Shown in pieces: positions 56,687 through 64,000 of a DNA stretch of 64,000 nt. The notes under the pieces are model-generated. The model was not told where the DNA came from. It made no database searches and saw only the letters and a list, made by a program, of their open reading frames with translations. A program made the translations under genes and the position numbers. Numbering within the stretch: position 1 is the first letter of the stretch; every line of letters starts with the position of its first letter. The DNA is from an uncultured Phycisphaerales bacterium. GTDB taxonomy: Bacteria > Planctomycetota > Phycisphaerae > Sedimentisphaerales > Anaerobacaceae. The stretch spans positions 32,001 to 96,000 of the forward strand of contig CAVYYI010000003.1 of NCBI GenBank assembly GCA_963772725.1. The letters run 5' to 3'.

Positions 56687-57385
56687 CTACCCAATCATCA
56701 GACCTTCTATCCGCACCTGGACACCGTCTTTGCTTTTATTTATAAAGTTTATCAGGCCGCTGTGCCGCCATTGCAGCATACACCGATGAGGCATAAACCA
56801 GTATCTCATTCCTATTCTCAAATCTTTTTTCGTTTGTTTAACCAAACCTTCATAAGCTTCGGCGGTGTAATAGCCGATATCCTTATATCCTTTCGACCGC
56901 GGGGAAAGCGGGCCTGTTACACACCAGACAATGACGCCGTTACGGGGGTCAACGTTCATTACTATTCCGCAGTGAGTGATAGGACAGCCGCAGGACATCC
57001 CCATTGGCCGGCCGATGATTATGTCTCCTTTTGCTATTTCCAATTCTCTTGTCAACATAGGATTATGAGGGAGCATGGTTTCGCGCGGCCCAGGCTCATC
57101 CGGGAATGTTTCGAGGATAAAATCGAAATCCCGCCCGAGAGTATCTGTCCAGGTAATCGTGTCAGAACTTTGTACCATGCCTGAAGCACATGCACCGCAT
57201 GTACTTTTTTCGGCCTTTTGGCTTAGAGTGTTTTTATCCAGATGGATACACCGTTTAAGCTCATCCTGATTTTGTTCTGCGTATTTTAAGAAATCCTCAC
57301 ATGCCTTAAAACCGCACGAGCCGCAATTCAGTCCCGGCAATTCTATTTTTTTGTTTTCTTTTTCCTGCATCGGTTTATCCTCCAT
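56687..57385 (-). CDS. Fe-S-binding protein (N-terminal LPGxNCGxCGxxxC domain, Cys/His-rich C-terminal domain)
   Basis: LPGLNCGSCGFKAC...C, GMSCGCPITHCG, WCVTGP, CMLQWRHSG. Confidence 0.85.
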   Translation of the reverse strand: MEDKPMQEKENKKIELPGLNCGSCGFKACEDFLKYAEQNQDELKRCIHLDKNTLSQKAEKSTCGACASGMVQSSDTITWTDTLGRDFDFILETFPDEPGPRETMLPHNPMLTRELEIAKGDIIIGRPMGMSCGCPITHCGIVMNVDPRNGVIVWCVTGPLSPRSKGYKDIGYYTAEAYEGLVKQTKKDLRIGMRYWFMPHRCMLQWRHSGLINFINKSKDGVQVRIEGLMIG

Positions 57386-58555
57386 AGGTTATAGACGATA
57401 TTTTGTTTAGACTGTGTAAGGCCTGCGGCAGTACCTCAAGAAAATAATCAACTTCTTCTTCGGTATTGTATCTGCCGAGGGTTATTCTCATTGCGCCGCG
57501 GGCCTGAACGGGGTTAAGGCCGATGGCGGTAAGTACATGAGACGGTTTATTTTCCGCTTCATTTGATGAACAGGCTGAACCTGTTGCTACTGCGATTCCC
57601 ATTTCATCAAGTTTCAGCAAAAGCCTGATGGCTTCTCCTTCAAAACCGTGAAAACCGAGATTTATGTTGTTTGGCAACCGTTTCGTAGGATGGCCGTTTA
57701 GATAGGCTTCCTGGATATTGTTAAGTACGAAGTTTTTTATCTTGTCTCTAAGATAGGTAAGCCTGCTTACTTCATAATCGAATTCATCGAAACATAATTC
57801 AGTGGCCTTGACGAAACCTGCAATGGCCGGTACATTTTCAGTAGATGACCTTAGACCACGCTCATGGCCGCCGCCGTGCTGCCAAGGCATGATTTTGACT
57901 CCCTCTCTAATAAATAGAGCCCCCGATCCCCTTTGGGCCATAAATTTTATGGGAATTTAAAGTTAGTAAATCTATTTGCTGTGCTCTAACATCGATAGGA
58001 ATCCGGGCAAAAGACTGACAGGCGTCAGTGTGAAAATAAATCCCGCATTTCCTGCAAATAGTTGCGATTTCTTCTATAGGCTCTATCGTCCCTATCTCAT
58101 TATTGGCGTGCATAATCGATACGAGTATTGTGTCTTTTCTTATCGCATTGTTTAATTCGTCAACATCAACAAAACCTTCCTTGTCCACAGATATGTAACT
58201 TATGTCAAATCCCTGGTTTTCCAGCCATTTGCAACTATTAAGGATACAATCGTGCCTCTATGGCTGATACAATTATGTGCATCCCTTTCTTTTTATTTTC
58301 AAATGCAATTCCTTTTAAGGCCATATTATTTGATTCCGTACCTCCAGAGGTAAAAACTATCTCCTGCGGTTTGGCTCTAATAAAAGAGGCGAGCGTGGCT
58401 CTTGCATTTTCAATAGCCTCTTTTGCTTGTCTGCCATAGAAGTGAAGGCTTGAGGCATTGCCAAAATACTCGGTCATAAATGGGAGCATTTCTTTCACGA
58501 CGCGAGTATCAACCTTTGTGCTTGCGCTATTATCCAGATAAATTCTTTTTTTCAA
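57375..58555 (-). CDS. iscS: Cysteine desulfurase, IscS/NifS group I (two indels)
   Basis: YLDNSAST, FTSGGTESNN, HTDACQ, SHKIYGPKG, GSACSS. Confidence 0.93.
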
Positions 58556-58558
58556 AAA

Positions 58559-59260
58559 TTACTCTCCCCTGTAAAAGATGTCGCTTTCCAATGGCCTTAC
58601 AACGCCAAAGTGTTGTTTCCAGCCGATTTCTTTTTTGCCTACGCAGATAGTACATGTTCCGACAGGAGGGTTTCCACGCAGGTTGAGCGGATATTTAACA
58701 TCCTCGGAACAAAGTATTTTTTTTACAAGCGGGTCTATCCCAATTCCATGCAAGGCGTTGGTCTCAATAACAAATATGTTTGGAGCAGCTTCCTGAATGT
58801 GCGCCCTGAAAACTTCTCGTTCGGCCTGAGAAACCAAATCAATTTTCGTTATCACCGCAACATCAGACAGAGACAGCATCGGGCCTATTTTTCTCGGCAG
58901 GTTCATTCCGCCGGTTGACTCAAGCACAACAAATCCAAGGTTGTTCTCTATATATGGTGAGCATCGCAGGCAAAGTCCGGCAGTCTCAACCAGAAGGACA
59001 TGGGCATCTTGATTATTGGCCCAATCGACTGCATCGCCCAAAACCATAACGTTGCAATGGTCGGGACAAAGTTCGCCTGAGTAAACTGTTTTCGCCGGGA
59101 TGCCGAAATCGCGCTTAAATATTTCTTCTTCGTCGGCGAACTGAACGTCTATCTTTAAGTAGGCAGTTTTGTGCCCGCCGGCGACAAGCCTTTTAATTAC
59201 CTGTTTTAACACTGTGGTTTTTCCGCTGGTGGGCGGCCCTGCACAAATAACAACCTTCAT
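58559..59260 (-). CDS. HypB/UreG-like (G3E/SIMIBI) GTPase
   Basis: GPPTSGKT, LCPDHC, ETAGLCLRC, TKID, C-terminal CTIC. Confidence 0.85.
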   Translation of the reverse strand: MKVVICAGPPTSGKTTVLKQVIKRLVAGGHKTAYLKIDVQFADEEEIFKRDFGIPAKTVYSGELCPDHCNVMVLGDAVDWANNQDAHVLLVETAGLCLRCSPYIENNLGFVVLESTGGMNLPRKIGPMLSLSDVAVITKIDLVSQAEREVFRAHIQEAAPNIFVIETNALHGIGIDPLVKKILCSEDVKYPLNLRGNPPVGTCTICVGKKEIGWKQHFGVVRPLESDIFYRGE

Positions 59261-59273
59261 TAGCAATCTCCTT

Positions 59274-60077
59274 CTAACTTATATAACCTAATGACCTTAG
59301 CCTCTCTTCGAGTTCTGTCATCTTCACGGTTCTTCCTTCTCTTATATGGGCTCTAAAGGTAAGCAGAAGGTCATCGAGTTTTTTTATCTCTTCTGCCACC
59401 AGTTTTTCCTCGCCTTCTGTTATAATCACTTTCTGCATAACCCCGTTTTTCATCACAATTCTTAAATCTGAAAGAAGGGCAATTCTCGGGTCGTGGGTTA
59501 CAAAGATAAAGATTTTTTCATACTTTTTAAGCAATTCCAGGGCTTTTGTCCTGTGAATACCGGCATTTTCAATCTCATCTAAAAGAATAATCGGCGAATT
59601 TCCTATTACCACAGCATCGGCAATAAGAAGTGCGCAAGTCTGGCCACCCGACAATTCGGTCATTGCACTTTCTCTTATGATGGGTTCGCCTGTGAGCTGA
59701 TTTGCAAAAGCAAGCGTTTCTTCAACTATGGTTTCGCTGTTCGCAGATTTTCTTATCTTCGCATGAGTTTCTAAAAATCTGAAAACAGGCATATCCGAAA
59801 GGAAATTAGTATGTTGAGTAATTAATGCTGTTGGGTTTTTGGATGGGTCAAACATGAATTCGTCCGATACAACAGCATCATTGATAAGAACTTTCCTTTT
59901 TGACGGAGTATTCTCATTTGCAAAAAGTTCTATATCGTTGATGAATGTAGTTTTTCCACAACCGGTGGGTCCTACGATGCTTATTATATCACCCATCCTG
60001 AAACTTACCTGCTCAACAGGCTCTTTTTCCCCGTTTTTACCGTGGCCGCCGATTACTGTTATTTTTTTTATATCCAT
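59274..60077 (-). CDS. Stand-alone ABC-type ATPase
   Basis: GPTGCGKT, LSGGQ, ILLDEIEN, VTHD; no permease in the operon. Confidence 0.88.
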   Translation of the reverse strand: MDIKKITVIGGHGKNGEKEPVEQVSFRMGDIISIVGPTGCGKTTFINDIELFANENTPSKRKVLINDAVVSDEFMFDPSKNPTALITQHTNFLSDMPVFRFLETHAKIRKSANSETIVEETLAFANQLTGEPIIRESAMTELSGGQTCALLIADAVVIGNSPIILLDEIENAGIHRTKALELLKKYEKIFIFVTHDPRIALLSDLRIVMKNGVMQKVIITEGEEKLVAEEIKKLDDLLLTFRAHIREGRTVKMTELEERLRSLGYIS

Positions 60078-60095
60078 TATGCCACCATTCCTTTT

Positions 60096-60120
60096 AAAGT
60101 ATAGTAATTAAGTATACTAT
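60096..60120 (-). promoter_or_regulatory. Putative Rrf2 operator 2
   Basis: ATAGTATACTTAATTACTATACTTT, a 25-bp pseudo-palindrome similar to operator 1. Confidence 0.7.
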
Positions 60121-60151
60121 TTAATACAAGAAAATATTCCTGATTCAAGTG

Positions 60152-60589
60152 TTATTTCTTTCCACGTTTAGCCATTACTTTTATTCTGCGGCAAACATCT
60201 TCAAGGGTGATATTATCCAATATTTCAGCGACAGCATTTCTTACATCCAGCATAATACTGCGTAATCCGCAGGATTTTTCCCTTCGGCACCGAACATAAG
60301 CGGTTTTACTTACACAACTTAAAGGTGCCAATGGCCCATCTATTAAACGTACGATTTCTCCAACACTAATGTATTTAGGCGCTTTTTTCAGAGAGTAACC
60401 ACCTCCTACACCTCTTTTGCTCTGCAGGAAGCCTGAATTTTTAAGAAGCAGCAAAATCTGCTCGAGGAATTTCTCAGGTATAGCTTCGGTGCGGGAGATA
60501 TCATGTATGTGCCGCACCTCCTGGTCGTAATACATGGCCAGATCTATCATTGCCTGTAAGGCATATTCGCCTTTTTTAGAAATTTTCAT
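60152..60589 (-). CDS. Rrf2-family transcriptional regulator (CymR/IscR-like)
   Basis: MKISKKGEYAL, FLEQIL, SKRGVGGGY, IDGPLAP, three Cys (C..C..C). Confidence 0.93.
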   Translation of the reverse strand: MKISKKGEYALQAMIDLAMYYDQEVRHIHDISRTEAIPEKFLEQILLLLKNSGFLQSKRGVGGGYSLKKAPKYISVGEIVRLIDGPLAPLSCVSKTAYVRCRREKSCGLRSIMLDVRNAVAEILDNITLEDVCRRIKVMAKRGKK

Positions 60590-60605
60590 ACAAAGTCTGC
60601 TGCCT

Positions 60606-60657
60606 AAAGTATATCAAACTTATAGACTATTATACCTGTCGCTTACCGCATTGTCAA
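60606..60657 (-). promoter_or_regulatory. Consensus promoter overlapped by putative Rrf2 operator 1
   Basis: TTGACA(60657-60652)-N17-TATAAT(60634-60629); ATAGTCTATAAGTTTGATATACTTT at 60630-60606. Confidence 0.8.
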
Positions 60658-60697
60658 GAGTTTTTGTTTATTTTCTCAAAATTGTCGTTTGATTCCG

Positions 60698-61213
60698 TTA
60701 AAATAGCAGGTTCTGCATCTGCACCGCGCACTGCCGGAAATTCTCTGCGGGCAGCGTTACCGTCCGCCATTTCGGACTGCGAAGCTTCATAAACTTCCGA
60801 TAATCGCTGAGCATAACGCAGAAAAATATATACTTGCCCCCGTTAAAATCATAGACCTCTCTCCCGTCAAAATCTACATCTACATTTTCAACCCGGTAAG
60901 CAAAAACAAATGCCGCGCTATGGGTCGGCCCAAAAACCTTCTGCCATTGCGAAAGCCCGTCGATATCATCCGCCGTAACCCAGCACTCAAAGCCCGCCAG
61001 TTTCGCGAAACTGGTTCCTTTGAATTTCCTGCCCTTTATTTCCGTGATAATTATCGGCTGATTAGGCGGATAAAGCAGGTAATCGAAACTCTTTATCTTT
61101 GACTGACCCATCGCCGCTCTTTTCTGTTCATCAACCGCGATATATTGAACCTGGTTATCTATCAGCCAGTTTCCGAAGGCCTTCTCATAATGGTTGAGAT
61201 GAAAATTCTTCAT
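60698..61213 (-). CDS. HYExAFE-family protein (PD-(D/E)xK-like)
   Basis: NHYEKAF, VDEQKR, KSFD...EIKGRKF. Confidence 0.88.
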   Translation of the reverse strand: MKNFHLNHYEKAFGNWLIDNQVQYIAVDEQKRAAMGQSKIKSFDYLLYPPNQPIIITEIKGRKFKGTSFAKLAGFECWVTADDIDGLSQWQKVFGPTHSAAFVFAYRVENVDVDFDGREVYDFNGGKYIFFCVMLSDYRKFMKLRSPKWRTVTLPAENFRQCAVQMQNLLF

Positions 61214-61223
61214 TCCGCCCCCA

Positions 61224-62509
61224 TCATTGCCCGAAAAATTTGCTCTCCTTGATTACATCCTGCTGGCCCGAAGCCATATTCTTGATAACAAGCTCATTTT
61301 TGTCAATAAATTCCTGTCCGACGATTACGCACTTTTCCGCGTTATTCTCCGATGCCGCCTTTAACTGTTTGCCCAGCCAGCCCCCTTATAACTGAAATTG
61401 ACCACCATTCCGCTTCGTCTGAGTTTAGCCGTTATCTCTACCGCTTTTTTGAACAGCTTATCATCGGTATAAGCCACAAAATAATCCAGCCGCCGTTTAG
61501 GCAGTTTTTTCGCCAAAAGCCCTTTCTCATCAAGCAGTATCCCCAACACGCAGTCTCCCATCCCAAATCCCGTCGCCGGTATCGCAGGCCCTCCGAACTG
61601 CTTGAGCAGATTATCATATCTTCCGCCTCCGCCGATTGCGCGAAGCTCACCGACCTTATCATAAATCTCAAACACAATACCCGTATAATATGCAAGCCCT
61701 CTGACGATGCCGATATCGAACTGGCAAAATTCAGCTATCCCCATAACACCTAAAAAATCGAACAGCCTCCGCAATTCATCAATCGACTCCCTGGCCTTAT
61801 CGGAAAGCTCTCCGCAGCAGCCCGCCGCCTGCTCAATAGTCTTTGCGCCCATCAGTTCGATAATCTTCTTGCGCCTAACTTCATCAGCAACCTGCTCCAT
61901 AAGAAGCGTCTCAAAAGTCTCTTGCGGCAGTTTACTCCGCTTATCCAAAATCGCATACATCCCGTCAAGCTCATCCTCCGCGACACCTATTGCTTTCAGC
62001 AGTTCCGCCAGCATTTTTCTGCTCGATATTTTTACTGCGATATCTTTCGCCGTCAGTCCGACATCCTGCAGATAATCCACCGCACAGAAAATCACCTCCG
62101 CATCCGCCAGCACATCATCCACTCCGATGATATCGATATTCCACTGGAAGAACTCGCGAAGCCTGCCTTTTTGCGGCCGCTCCGCTCGGCACAGCCGCGG
62201 CACAGAAAACCATTTTATCGGCCGGGGCAACGAATTGATCTGCTGGTTGACCATCCTTGCCAGCGTCGGCGTGATTTCAGGCCTGATCGCCAGGTCACGG
62301 CCGCCGCGATCTTGACAAGAAAAAAGCTGCTCGACGATTTCCTGCCCGCTTTTTATCTGGTACATCTGCAGATATTCGAAGATCGGCCCGTCGTATTCCT
62401 CAAAGCCGTTGCGGATCGAGACCTTCTTCCAGCCGTCGATGATCCAGTTCCGTACAGCCATCTCAGGCGGATAAAAATCTCTCGTTCCTTTTACCGGCGG
62501 TATCTTCAT
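61224..62509 (-). CDS. hisS: Histidine--tRNA ligase (indel near 61378)
   Basis: KGTRDF, RPEITP, RAERPQKGRLREFFQ, VRGLAYYTG, GGGRYD; the anticodon domain continues in the shifted frame to TGA at 61224. Confidence 0.96.
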
Positions 62510-62905
62510 CGTTTTCTCGTTTTCTTTTTTGCCTTCTGCTTTTCTTTTATATTATTGTCAAACTTGACTTTGACATACTCTTCCATCTGCTGGTCGTTGG
62601 TGAAATGCAGACTCGTAATCATATTCGCTTCCGCTCAAATCACAGTCCGCGATTTTGTACTTTTTGCAGATTTTCGGCCTCTTCGCGTAAATCTTACAGC
62701 TATGGTCCTTTTCTGAAAGATGCCTGCATTTGCTATTGATATTCAGATACCAGTCCCCCTCCTCAACGAAAACCGCAACATTCTTATGCGTAAGATACCA
62801 CCTTATATCTTCATAATCGCTCTTCGTTTCAGGCGTATCTATCGGCAGCGCAAAATACCTGCAGCACAATCCCACGCACTTCCCGCAAAATCCACTCTTG
62901 GCCAT
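62506..62905 (-). CDS. YkgJ-family CxxCxxCC cysteine-cluster protein (indel near 62610)
   Basis: CGKCVGLCCRY, CRHL, CKIYAKRPKICKKY. Confidence 0.85.
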
Positions 62906-63301
62906 TATCTCAGCACTCCGAATTAAATTGTCTATTATAGGTTTTCAGCCAATAGCCGTCAAGTTTCGCCATTTAAGTCTTCAAACTCAAAATCGAAGAT
63001 TCTATGGTGAACTACGCACTGAAATCCAGCCAAATTCCTTTGTAAATCCTGTCTAAAAAAGATTGTGGAATCAAAAAAAATTCCCGAACATCCTGCGTCT
63101 TAGCCCGTAATATTTAGTAGAAAAAAATAAATTCCTCCTTTACTTAAAAAAGTTTTCTCTCCTCCTCGAGAATAAGCCCGGCTGTTGTTTAACCGGGCTT
63201 GTTTTTGTCGTTTCGCGATTGCTTCGGTATTGCTTTGATAGCCGTCTTATCCTATTATTACCCCTATATTCGCTGAAACAATGTATCGTTAATCTGGAGC
63301 T

Positions 63302-63989
63302 ATGAAAATGACCGAACAAATACCCACTACCCTTGCTGGCAAAGGGAAGAACTTGAAAAGCCGTATAGCCCAAACCTTTGTCATCTTAGCCGTAATAGCT
63401 GGCGTATTTACACTCTATAAGAATAGCGGCATTGTATCTCCTGCCAACCTCGACAGAGACTTGCAGGCCGAACAAGCCTCCGGAAAAACTTGGGCACAGC
63501 CCCTTCAACTGCCCGGTGTCGAAAACTTCCATAAAGTTTCAGACAATCTTTATCGCGGCCACCAGCCCACCGAACAGGGCCTGGCCGAATTAAAAAAATT
63601 AGGAATCAAAACCGTTATTAATCTTAGAACACTTCATTCCGACCGCGAACAAATTGGTAATACCCAACTCGATTATGAACGTCTTAAGATGAAGCCATGG
63701 GACCCCGATGATGACGAGGTAATAAAATTTCTTCGTATTGTTGCAGACACCAACTCTGCGTCGGTTTTTGTCCATTGCCATTACGGCGCAGACCGCACAG
63801 GAACAAATGTGCGCCATTTACCGAATCGTCGTACAGGGCTGGTCAAAACAGCAGGCTATCGATGAAATGACCAAAGGCGGTTTCGGTTTCCACCCTCAGT
63901 GGCATAAACTTATTGAATACATCCAAAACCTCGATGTCGATAAAATTAAAATCTCCTGCGGTATGACCCCCTCCCGCAACACAAATTAG
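63302..63989 (+). CDS. Membrane-anchored dual-specificity/tyrosine phosphatase-family protein (indel near 63808)
   Basis: NFHKVSDNLYRG, IKTVINLR, FVHCHYGADRTG (Cx5R), then AIYRIVVQGWSKQQAIDEM. Confidence 0.88.
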
Positions 63990-64000
63990 CCGTTAGGTCA

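Noticed and set aside
56342..61213. HYExAFE duplicate as a DGR template/variable repeat pair
   Set aside because: Differences are mostly third-position and not adenine-specific; no reverse transcriptase is present.
61922..62716. Long antisense ORFs (e.g. 264 aa opposite hisS, 230 aa at 56492-57184)
   Set aside because: Shadow frames of well-supported genes with no recognisable motifs or SD.

Overview
Bacterial chromosomal segment, most likely from a Planctomycetota/Phycisphaerae-type anaerobe. This is inferred from a HYExAFE-family gene, an H-X9-DG/DUF4190 protein, a HEAT lipoprotein and a reduced dcw cluster. The sequence carries many single-base indels typical of an unpolished long-read assembly, densest at 1-16 kb. 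Housekeeping content: glnA(III)-gltB-gltD-carB-carA, tRNA-Gly(GCC)-tig-clpP-clpP, an orphan DNA MTase-lnt-HEAT lipoprotein, mreBCD-pbp2 convergent with mraZ-rsmH-LysM-ftsL-ftsI, tRNA-Gly(TCC), proA-proB and hisS. Accessory content: (1) A complete IS110/IS621-like element (12425-13640) whose bridge-RNA guide segments can be read and matched to its donor junction and target. (2) Two near-identical ISL3-like IS copies with 8-bp TSDs, one splitting a phage gene. (3) A 16.6-kb element (36030-52586) with Mu-like TG...CA ends, repeated end boxes and a 5-bp TSD. It encodes only tail-type proteins, three glycosyltransferases and a Dam-type MTase in two divergent arms, with no recognisable transposase, repressor, terminase, portal, capsid or lysis gene. 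(4) An Rrf2-controlled ATPase/GTPase/cysteine desulfurase/Fe-S protein operon with two operators, bracketed by a duplicated HYExAFE gene. All product calls come from recognising motifs by eye; no database search was run.
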